From NCBI GenBank assembly GCA_031267375.1, contig JAIRZE010000096.1, forward strand, positions 1-33,691: DNA of 33,691 bases. Reading direction: 5' to 3'. The notes under the pieces are model-generated. The model had not been told where the DNA came from. It saw only the letters and a program-made list of their open reading frames with translations, and did no database searches. The DNA comes from Rickettsiales bacterium (GTDB lineage Bacteria > Pseudomonadota > Alphaproteobacteria > Rs-D84). Below, one piece after another: positions 26,556 through 33,691 of the stretch. Positions within the stretch are counted from its first letter, which is position 1, and every line of letters begins with the position of its first letter. The position numbers were made by a program, and so were the translations under genes.

Positions 26556-27161
26556 ATGGTATTGCAAAATAAACTCAATCTTAAAAGTCAGATCGCGTTA
26601 AACAAGGAGGAAGAACGCATCAGTAAACAACGCGCCAGAGAGTTTTATGATTCCGGCAAGATTGATAAAATAAAAGTTGGGACATTCGCAGGTTTGGCCC
26701 AGATTCATAAATTTTTATTCGGCGATATTTATGATTTTGCTGGAAAAATACGCGATGTGAATATCGCCAAGGGCAATTTCCGTTTCGCGCCGCTAATGTA
26801 TTTGCCCCAATCGTTGGCGCATATTGATAAAATGCCGCAAAAAACATACGACCAAATTATTGAGAAATATGTTGAAATGAATATTGCGCATCCGTTTCGT
26901 GAAGGCAACGGCCGCGCGACGCGAATCTGGCTGGATTTGATTCTGAAAAAAGAATTAAAAAAAGTAATAGATTGGAACAAAGTTGATAAAGAAGAATATT
27001 TGTCCGCTATGCAGCGTTCGCCGGTAAAAGATTTGGAAATCAAAGTATTGCTGAAATCTGCCTTGACTGGAAAAATCGCGGACCGGGAAGTTTTTATGAA
27101 AGGAATTGATGTCAGTTATTATTACGAAGGATATGACGAATTCAAAACTGATTATGTATAA
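26556..27161 (+). CDS. fic: class III Fic-domain protein adenylyltransferase
   Basis: HPFREGNGR catalytic loop and C-terminal SYYYEG autoinhibitory motif; TTGGCT-17-TATAAT promoter at 26505-26533. Confidence 0.92.
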   Translation: MVLQNKLNLKSQIALNKEEERISKQRAREFYDSGKIDKIKVGTFAGLAQIHKFLFGDIYDFAGKIRDVNIAKGNFRFAPLMYLPQSLAHIDKMPQKTYDQIIEKYVEMNIAHPFREGNGRATRIWLDLILKKELKKVIDWNKVDKEEYLSAMQRSPVKDLEIKVLLKSALTGKIADREVFMKGIDVSYYYEGYDEFKTDYV

Positions 27162-27164
27162 TAT

Positions 27165-27435
27165 TTAACATAATTCTTCGCCAGAAAAAATCAAACAATT
27201 TTATATATAATTATTTTTGTTTTTATGCCTGTTGGTTTTGTTGAAAACTTTTATAATTTTTTTATCAACAAGTTTTCAACAAATAATATCATCAAATCCA
27301 CCAGTTGAAATCAAACTGTTGAAACAAAAGCAAAATAATAAACAGGTTGAAAAAGCCGACCTTTTTACAGTTTTTAACAAAAATTAAATTTTTAATTTTG
27401 TGCTTGTTGAAAACATTGAATTTTTGTTAAAATAA
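27165..27435. other. candidate replication origin: AT-rich noncoding region with clustered TTWTCAACA-type boxes
   Basis: About 8-9 related 9-mers on both strands, one mismatch or more from the DnaA box TTWTNCACA. Confidence 0.5.
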
Positions 27436-27473
27436 GGGCAGGAGAGAAGTGCTGGTTTTATGATGGTTTTTTA

Positions 27474-27505
27474 TTGACCATTAACCCCTGACCACTGACC
27501 ACTGA
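27474..27505. repeat. TGACCAC array directly before virB3
   Basis: TGACCAT TAACCCC TGACCAC TGACCAC TGA. Confidence 0.85.
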
Positions 27506-27506
27506 T

Positions 27507-27803
27507 TTGAAGCAGCAGGTATTGAAAGCTTTGGCAAATCCGCCGCGCATATTTTATGTGCCTTATTCTTTGGCTGTTTTCAATTTCGCCGCCCAATTTA
27601 TGATTTATATCGGCGTTTTCACAGGCGGGCTGATCATAACCGGCGGAAACATCAGCATTGATCCTTTGATTTTTCTGATATCGGTCTGCGGCGTTCATCT
27701 TGTTCTGGTCGGATATTCAAAGTCAGAGCCTCAGCTGGCAAATATAATCTCTGCAAAACTTAATCTGTGGAAACTGCGCGCGCCAAAACAATTAAGGGCC
27801 TGA
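27507..27803 (+). CDS. virB3: type IV secretion VirB3-like protein
   Basis: 98 aa, VLKALANPPRIFYVP N-terminal motif, two TM segments, directly upstream of virB4; TTG start. Confidence 0.75.
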   Translation: MKQQVLKALANPPRIFYVPYSLAVFNFAAQFMIYIGVFTGGLIITGGNISIDPLIFLISVCGVHLVLVGYSKSEPQLANIISAKLNLWKLRAPKQLRA

Positions 27804-27814
27804 GATAAACAAAT

Positions 27815-30226
27815 ATGTACGATTTTTATGATTTTTTTGCAGGCACGGAATTTCCGATAACTATGGTCATACTGGCTATGGCCGCTGTTTTCGTATTCAT
27901 TGTTCTGATGATGTATGTGCCGACGATAGCGCGCTGGATTTTTCCGCAATTCGGATATAAAAAATATTCCGAATATCTGCCTTTTGCCGCGATTATGGGC
28001 GGCGACGCGATAAAATTGACCGACGGAACGCTGGTCCGCGCATATAGGATTTCCGGCGTTCAGACAAGTATGCAGGACGAAAGGACGCGCGCCCAGTTTT
28101 TGGATTTGCGCAGCAGTTTGCTGAATCAAATACGCGATCCGCACGCGACTTTGCGTTTTTTTACTATCCGCGACAGTGATTCGTATCGCGCCGAATACGA
28201 ATTTGATCAGCCCACATTGCAAAAAATTTATGACAAGTGGGACAGCCAAGGTATGAAGATTTTTAACAATAATTACTATCTGATGCTGTCCGTATCCGGC
28301 AATAACGCTGCTGATAAGTTGCAGCAGTATGGCAATTATTGCGAGTCTATTCTGGCGGCGTACAGCCCGAAAGTATTAAGTCATAATTCGCCGGAAAATA
28401 TGGCGAAATTATTCGGGCGGATTTTGTCGCCGATTACAAAGCCCGCGCCCGCAAAGTGCGACGGGCAAATGGCGGCCGTCGCGACCGTTGACGATGTGGA
28501 GTTTCTGGACGGTGGACTGGTAAAATATTCCAGTGGAAATAAAACCAAAGTCGCCGCGCTTTTATCTTTCAAAGTATCGCCGGACTTTATGGAAGAAGAA
28601 TTTTTTGACGAAGTTTCAACCATTCAGTGCGAGATGATTTCCTTGAACGCTATGCGTGTTCTGGGCGCGGCCGCAGTTGAAACCGTAGTGCGCCAGCAGC
28701 GCGCCACCATAAACGAAAATAATGAAGACATTATGGACGAGCAGATTTCTGCGGCCCAGAACGCTATGGACGAGAATGTATCCGGCACCCAGGTTCTGGT
28801 CAATTATTATCCTTTGTTCGCATTGTTTGCGGACAGCGAGAATGAGCTGAACGACAATATCGCAAGCTTCAAAAAAATCGCGGCGTCTTTTGGAATATCG
28901 CCGGTTGTAGAAAACTTTGCGGCAAAAGTTTCTTGGTTTTCGCAAATTCCGGGCTTTGATGTTTTTCCGCGCAGCTTCAAAATGCTGTCCAAGACGGCGG
29001 CGATCAGCATTCCTATGTCGTCGCTGCCGCGCGGGGTGCCTGATTCCGATTGGGGTCCGGGCCCGCTGGTCGTATTTCCTACGGCCCAGGGAACGCCGTA
29101 TCAGTTTCAGTTTCATATATCCAGCGCACCCGGCGCCGTCGGGCATACTTTGACCATAGGGCCGACCGGCGGTGGAAAAACTACATTGTTCTCGTTCCTG
29201 ATTTCGCAAAGCCTGCGGCATCCGAAGTTAAAAGCGTTTTTCTTTGACCGCAATCGCGGCGCGGAAATATTCACCCTTGCGACCGGCGGAAAATATCTGA
29301 CCTTGTCCGGAAAAAGCAAAGGCGACGACGATATGGCGGCGGATTTTTTAACGCGCTTGAATCCGCTGCGTATGGAAGATACCGCGGATAACAGAATGTT
29401 TTTGCGACGCTGGCTGGCTATGATTTCGGGACAAGCAGACGCAAGGTCTTTGGATGAAATCGCCCGCGCGGTAAGCGTGAATTTTGACTATGTGGACGAT
29501 AAAAACAGGCAGTTGAAAAATTTATACGAAAGCTGTTTTTCCAGCGACGGCGCTATGCGCGGCGCTTTGAAGAAATGGATAGATCCGCTGCAATACGGGA
29601 CGATATTTAACGAAAGCCGCGATACGCTGGACTTGTATTCGCGCCTGACCACTTTTGATTTTACAGATATTTTGGCGGACGATGCTTTGGCGCCGGCGGT
29701 TATTTCTTATATTATACACAGGATAAACAGCCTGACGATTTCTGGCGGAAACCCAAGTTTGATTATGATAGACGAAACCGCTCCTATGCTGGAAAATAAA
29801 ATGTTCCGCGATAATTTTATTGCAGGTTTGCAAGAGGGGCGCAAAAACAGACAAGCGTATATGGCGGCGTTTCAACGCGCGAATGTGCTGGATAAACTTG
29901 GGATCGGCGATGTAGTGCGCGGCCAGGCCCAGACGGTATTGTTCTTTCGTAATCCGGCCGCGGATTACGCGGATTACGAGCATTGGAAGCTGAATCCCCT
30001 GGAAATGGCGTTTATCCAGGGCAAGGCATATCCTAACTTAAAGCGCGCGGTGTTATTGTCGCGTCCCGTCAGCGGCGAATCTGTGGTCTTGAATACAGAG
30101 CTTGGCGGGCTGGGGAATTTATTAAGATTGTTTGAATCCGGGCGCCCGTCGGTATTATTGGCCGAAGAATTATACAAGCAATTCGGCACAAGTTTTGTGG
30201 AAGAATACCTGCGCAAAAACGCATAG
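27815..30226 (+). CDS. virB4: type IV secretion ATPase VirB4-like
   Basis: 803 aa; GHTLTIGPTGGGKT Walker A, FFDRNRGAEIF..A.GG.Y, LNPL, IMIDE Walker B, RKN. Confidence 0.9.
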   Translation: MYDFYDFFAGTEFPITMVILAMAAVFVFIVLMMYVPTIARWIFPQFGYKKYSEYLPFAAIMGGDAIKLTDGTLVRAYRISGVQTSMQDERTRAQFLDLRSSLLNQIRDPHATLRFFTIRDSDSYRAEYEFDQPTLQKIYDKWDSQGMKIFNNNYYLMLSVSGNNAADKLQQYGNYCESILAAYSPKVLSHNSPENMAKLFGRILSPITKPAPAKCDGQMAAVATVDDVEFLDGGLVKYSSGNKTKVAALLSFKVSPDFMEEEFFDEVSTIQCEMISLNAMRVLGAAAVETVVRQQRATINENNEDIMDEQISAAQNAMDENVSGTQVLVNYYPLFALFADSENELNDNIASFKKIAASFGISPVVENFAAKVSWFSQIPGFDVFPRSFKMLSKTAAISIPMSSLPRGVPDSDWGPGPLVVFPTAQGTPYQFQFHISSAPGAVGHTLTIGPTGGGKTTLFSFLISQSLRHPKLKAFFFDRNRGAEIFTLATGGKYLTLSGKSKGDDDMAADFLTRLNPLRMEDTADNRMFLRRWLAMISGQADARSLDEIARAVSVNFDYVDDKNRQLKNLYESCFSSDGAMRGALKKWIDPLQYGTIFNESRDTLDLYSRLTTFDFTDILADDALAPAVISYIIHRINSLTISGGNPSLIMIDETAPMLENKMFRDNFIAGLQEGRKNRQAYMAAFQRANVLDKLGIGDVVRGQAQTVLFFRNPAADYADYEHWKLNPLEMAFIQGKAYPNLKRAVLLSRPVSGESVVLNTELGGLGNLLRLFESGRPSVLLAEELYKQFGTSFVEEYLRKNA

Positions 30227-30234
30227 CGTTTTTG

Positions 30235-30326
30235 CAATGAACAATGAACAGTGAACAATGAACAATTTTTTTGTAAAAATATTTATAGCAATTCATTGTT
30301 CATTGTTCATTGTTCATTGTTCATTT
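30235..30326. repeat. inverted CAATGAA/TTCATTG arms overlapping the start of the next CDS
   Basis: 4 units at 30235-30262, 5 inverted units at 30292-30326. Confidence 0.92.
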
Positions 30327-30887
30327 GCGGATGATTGCCTTTCGTATAAAATCAATACGAATGTTAAAATAATTGTTCCTGAATTTTCCGTCCAAACTGT
30401 GCAGCCGGCGCAGCCTATGGACTTGCTTCACGGAAATGTTATTTCCACCCTTTCGGAAAACTATGAATTGGGCGCAGAGTCTGCGGAAGTGCCGGGGGGC
30501 TTTTGCGTTTATTTGAAGTCTGTTTCGGGCACAATCGGATATTCTGACTTTCTGGTTCAGATTGATTCGCGGCACCGGCCGGGCTCTTGCGGCTATGATA
30601 TGACGCGCGCTCACGAGCAAGAGCATATAGACGCGCATTTGTCTGTAATAAAAGATTACCAGGATAAAATTGCGGCGGCGATAGGCGCGGCGGCGGATTC
30701 CGTTATGCCTGTGTTTGTCCGGACCGCGGCGGATCAGGACGCGGCGCTGGACGAATTGAACAAGAAAATACAAACGCACCCGGATGTGGTTTTGCTGAAA
30801 CAAAAGATAGCGGCGGAAGAAGAGATTCGCAACAAACGCATAGACCAGAACGATCCGGGAAAAAGAATTTCAGAATGCACACGATAA
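30258..30887 (+). CDS. putative secreted HExxH zincin-like protein (DUF922-like)
   Basis: Signal-peptide-like N-terminus ending SFA-D, HEQEH motif, paired Cys. Confidence 0.7.
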   Translation: MNNFFVKIFIAIHCSLFIVHCSFADDCLSYKINTNVKIIVPEFSVQTVQPAQPMDLLHGNVISTLSENYELGAESAEVPGGFCVYLKSVSGTIGYSDFLVQIDSRHRPGSCGYDMTRAHEQEHIDAHLSVIKDYQDKIAAAIGAAADSVMPVFVRTAADQDAALDELNKKIQTHPDVVLLKQKIAAEEEIRNKRIDQNDPGKRISECTR

Positions 30888-30890
30888 AAA

Positions 30891-30996
30891 AGTGGTTAGT
30901 GGTCAGGGGTCAGTGGTTAGCAAACAAAGAAGATAAAAATATTTGTCCAATATATTGGACACTTCATTAACCACTAAACACTCACCACTGAGCACT
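30891..30996. repeat. inverted AGTGGT(C/T) arms around spacer with TGTCCAATATATTGGACA palindrome
   Basis: Arms at 30891-30920 and 30967-30996. Confidence 0.88.
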
Positions 30997-31004
30997 TGGA
31001 AATA

Positions 31005-31091
31005 ATGGTTAGTTGTGTCGCTTATGAAAACCAATTTTAATTAATTGTGAAAATAATTATCACGCAAACACACTGCTAACCCCTAACCGCT
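31005..31091. mobile_element. second copy of the 62 bp core with eroded arms
   Basis: 31016-31077 matches the reverse complement of 19002-19063 at 53/62 positions; followed by AACCCCTAACCGCT. Confidence 0.75.
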
Positions 31092-31092
31092 T

Positions 31093-32403
31093 TTACTTCC
31101 CCAAGCACAATTGTCCGAATACCGCATCAGCTATTTCAGAGGCTTCAATAACGCCCAGTATCTGGCCTATTTCATCGCTTGCGATTCTTATATGCTCTGC
31201 AAACAAATCCATATTCGCTGATTGTTTGCCGGCCATTTCCAATTCTTCCGCGGCTGCAATCAAATGCGCCCGCGCCCGCTGATTTACATTTATATCCGAT
31301 TCGGCGCCGTCCAGCGCGTTATGTATTTTTTGTTTTATCAATTCCAGCAATTCCGGAATGCCAGCGCCGGTAAGGGCCGATACAGAAAGGACAAAAGGAC
31401 AGATGGACAAATGGGCAGAAGTGTCGGATAAGTCAGATTTATTATAAACAATTATCTCGTTATTATTTGTATTGTCCTTTTGTCCTTTTGTCCTTTTGTC
31501 CATTACTTTTATCACTAAATCTGCGTTTTTAATTTCAGCGTTGGTTTTTTCTATGCCGATTTTTTCTATGACATCGTCCGTTTCGCGCAAGCCCGCGGTA
31601 TCCGTCAGCCGGACCAAATACCCGTCAATATCCAATTCCGCGCTTATCGCGTCGCGCGTAGTGCCAGGAATATCTGAAACTATGGCCCGCGATTCCCCAA
31701 CCAGCCGATTGAACAAAGACGATTTTCCGGCGTTTGTTTCCCCGGCCAAGACTATATTAAATCCGCTGCGGACCGCGCGCGCCGCCGCATACCTGGAAAT
31801 GGCTCCGCTGATTTCTGTGTGCAGAGCGCTTGCGCGTGCCAATAATTTATCCTTTATATTTTCCGGCAATTCATCCTTTGGATAATCCAGAATCGCGGCG
31901 GCGTATGCTGCGATCTCTATCATCTGCGCGCGCCAGTTTTCATAAGCCGCGCTGTCTGATCCCGTCATAGATTTCAGCGCCGCGGCGCGCTGTTTGTCCG
32001 TGCGCGCGGATAATAATCCGGCCAGTCCGTCCGCCGCCACCAGATCCATTTTGTTATTTTGAAAAGCGCGGCGCGTGAACTCTCCCGGCTCTGCCAGGCG
32101 AAATCCCTGGCCGCGCAGGAATTCATAAACTTTTTCTATAACAGCATAGCTGCCGTGGGTATGCAGTTCGATCACATCTTCGCCGGTAAAGGAACTCGGC
32201 GCCTGGAAATAAATCGCAATGCATTGATCAATAGGTCCGCCCCCATTATCGCGCAGATTTATCAAATAAGCGCGTCGCGGAATTATGTCGCCGCTTTGAA
32301 TTATCTTTGAAAAAAATTCGCGCAAGCCAGTCCCGCTGATGCGAATCACTGCAACGCCGGCTTTGCCGTGGCCCGAAGATAATGCGAATATAGTATCTGT
32401 CAT
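31093..32403 (-). CDS. mnmE: tRNA modification GTPase MnmE/TrmE
   Basis: DTIFALSS, SFTGEDV.E...HG, GETNAGKS, GTTRD, DTAG, NKSD, terminal LCLGK. Confidence 0.97.
   Translation of the reverse strand: MTDTIFALSSGHGKAGVAVIRISGTGLREFFSKIIQSGDIIPRRAYLINLRDNGGGPIDQCIAIYFQAPSSFTGEDVIELHTHGSYAVIEKVYEFLRGQGFRLAEPGEFTRRAFQNNKMDLVAADGLAGLLSARTDKQRAAALKSMTGSDSAAYENWRAQMIEIAAYAAAILDYPKDELPENIKDKLLARASALHTEISGAISRYAAARAVRSGFNIVLAGETNAGKSSLFNRLVGESRAIVSDIPGTTRDAISAELDIDGYLVRLTDTAGLRETDDVIEKIGIEKTNAEIKNADLVIKVMDKRTKGQKDNTNNNEIIVYNKSDLSDTSAHLSICPFVLSVSALTGAGIPELLELIKQKIHNALDGAESDINVNQRARAHLIAAAEELEMAGKQSANMDLFAEHIRIASDEIGQILGVIEASEIADAVFGQLCLGK
31386..31503. repeat. inverted octamer arms flanking the native NKSD motif of mnmE
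   Basis: Arms at 31386-31419 (AHLSICPFVLS) and 31472-31503 (MDKRTKGQKD). Confidence 0.9.
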
Positions 32404-33003
32404 TTATTTATTCGTTATTTCTTTCAATGCCAGCGGCACCAGTTTTTCAATTGAATATCCCGCGTATTCGCGAATCAGTTTCTGCACAGTTTCCAGCACA
32501 TCGCCGCGCCGGTATCCCAAAGATTCCAGCGCCGACATCAGATCGTTATATAAAGATGATGAATTGTCAGAAGGGCTGGTGTCCATTTGTCCTTTTGTCC
32601 ATTTGCCCATAATGACTTTCCCTTTTAATTCCAGACAGATTTTCTCGGCCACCTTTTTTCCAACCCCTGGCGCCGCGGTTAATGTTTTTGAATCATTCGT
32701 GGCCAATGCCGTCAGCAGAGCGTCTTCGTTAAATGCGCCCAGTATCGCCATTGCAACCTTTGGCCCCACGCCGGACACGCTGGTCAATTTATTGAATAAA
32801 TCCTGCTGGGCCGCGCTTGCGAATCCGAACAGGCGAATGGAATCTTCGCGAACGATTGTTTCTATCCATAATGTAGCCTGCTGTTCGTGGCCGGTGGCCC
32901 GCAGATTTGCCGGCACGAAAACTTTATATCCGACGCCGCCGCACATAAGGATTATGTAATCTTCGCCTGTGTAATCAAGAAATCCTTGCAATTTGCCTAT
33001 CAT
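32404..33003 (-). CDS. ruvA: Holliday junction branch migration protein RuvA
   Basis: MIGKLQG, GGVGY, VREDSIRLFGF, VSGVGPK.A, PGVGKK.AEKI.LELK, ALESLGY. Confidence 0.97.
   Translation of the reverse strand: MIGKLQGFLDYTGEDYIILMCGGVGYKVFVPANLRATGHEQQATLWIETIVREDSIRLFGFASAAQQDLFNKLTSVSGVGPKVAMAILGAFNEDALLTALATNDSKTLTAAPGVGKKVAEKICLELKGKVIMGKWTKGQMDTSPSDNSSSLYNDLMSALESLGYRRGDVLETVQKLIREYAGYSIEKLVPLALKEITNK
32580..32610. repeat. octamer array in frame in the RuvA interdomain linker (MGKWTKGQMD)
   Basis: TGTCCATT TGTCCTTT TGTCCATT TGCCCAT. Confidence 0.9.
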
Positions 33004-33151
33004 AGCTCGCTCCGCTCGCAGTGGTCAGTGGTTAGTAGTCAGTATAAAGTAAAATATAGTATAATCAAATAAATTGATTTTATATATTTTTTTACTATAC
33101 TGGCCACTAGCAACTAACCACTGACCACTGCGAGCGACGAAGGAGCGAGTG
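33004..33151. repeat. palindromic element spanning the whole ruvA-yebC divergent intergenic region
   Basis: Heptamer arms at 33020-33044 and 33099-33130, each followed outward by a GCGAGCG..GGAGCGAG cassette and ATG. Confidence 0.88.
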
Positions 33152-33691
33152 ATGTCCGGACATTCCAAATGGCATAATATTATGCACAAAAAAGGCGCGG
33201 CTGACGCGGCGCGCAGCGGCCTGTTTACAAAACTGGCGCGCGAAATCACTATGGCGGCAAAGCTGGGGGATTCAAATCCCGATAATAATCCGCGTTTGCG
33301 CCTGGCCATATTTATGGCGCGCAAGAATTCTATGCCGAACGATAATATAAAGCGCGCGATTGACAAAGCGTCCGGCAGCACCGCCGAAAACTATGACTCT
33401 GTCCGGTACGAAGGGTATGGTCCTGGCGCGGTGCCGATTATTGTAGAGGCTATGACCGATAATCCGCGCCGCACCGTTCCGGAAGTCCGCACAATATTCG
33501 CCAAAAACGGCGGCAATATGGGCGAAGAGGGCTCTGTCGTGTTTATGTTCACGCGCGCGGGCCTGATTTTCTATCCGCTTTCGTCGGCAAAAAGCGAAGA
33601 TGAAATGACGGAAAAGATTATGGAGGCTGGCGCCGACGATCTGGAAACCACAGAAGATGGTTATATCGTGAAAACAAAGCCCGAAGACTTT
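33152..33691 (+). CDS. yebC: YebC/PmpR family protein (3' truncated by window; absent from ORF track)
   Basis: MSGHSKWHNIMHKKG, NPRLRLAI, YEGYGPG, TDNPRRT, GGNMGEEGSV. Confidence 0.96.
   Translation, partial: MSGHSKWHNIMHKKGAADAARSGLFTKLAREITMAAKLGDSNPDNNPRLRLAIFMARKNSMPNDNIKRAIDKASGSTAENYDSVRYEGYGPGAVPIIVEAMTDNPRRTVPEVRTIFAKNGGNMGEEGSVVFMFTRAGLIFYPLSSAKSEDEMTEKIMEAGADDLETTEDGYIVKTKPEDF

Noticed and set aside
2104-33130. Arrays as sequencing or assembly artefacts
   Set aside because: Units are degenerate, preserve frame in every gene, avoid catalytic motifs and form inverted pairs; read-level confirmation is still needed.
33025-33381. 118-aa minus-strand ORF
   Set aside because: Antisense to the clear yebC gene and partly made of repeat arms.
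1-33691. Autonomous transposase, integrase or reverse transcriptase for the repeat elements
   Set aside because: No ORF in the window shows DDE, HUH, tyrosine/serine recombinase or RT motifs.

Overview
Housekeeping chromosome segment, most likely from a host-associated, reduced-genome alphaproteobacterium (inferred from protein families and gene content). It encodes infC (partial), tRNA-Val(GAC), metG, queH, fabD, fabG, mnmG, tRNA-Thr(CGT), a helical hypothetical protein, type 2 ileS, nth, rpmI-rplT-pheS-pheT, mreC-mreD-mrdA-rodA-topA-dnaG, ychF, a SufB/D-like gene, a small rpmJ missed by the ORF track, a class III Fic gene, an isolated virB3-virB4 pair, a secreted HExxH protein, mnmE, ruvA and yebC (partial). 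The main hidden signal is a dense set of short degenerate 7-8 bp tandem arrays from several sequence families, often arranged as inverted pairs. About 21 tracts lie in frame inside 13 genes, and others fill most intergenic gaps. They supply stop codons, start codons and a signal peptide, carry RBS cassettes, and in two cases recur as larger copied units. Other signals: leader-peptide attenuators upstream of ileS (MNNKSIIIIE) and metG (MKINSMML), an orphan c4-antisense-like RNA, a candidate oriC with TTWTCAACA boxes, and strong CATG avoidance. All calls were made by eye, without database searches.
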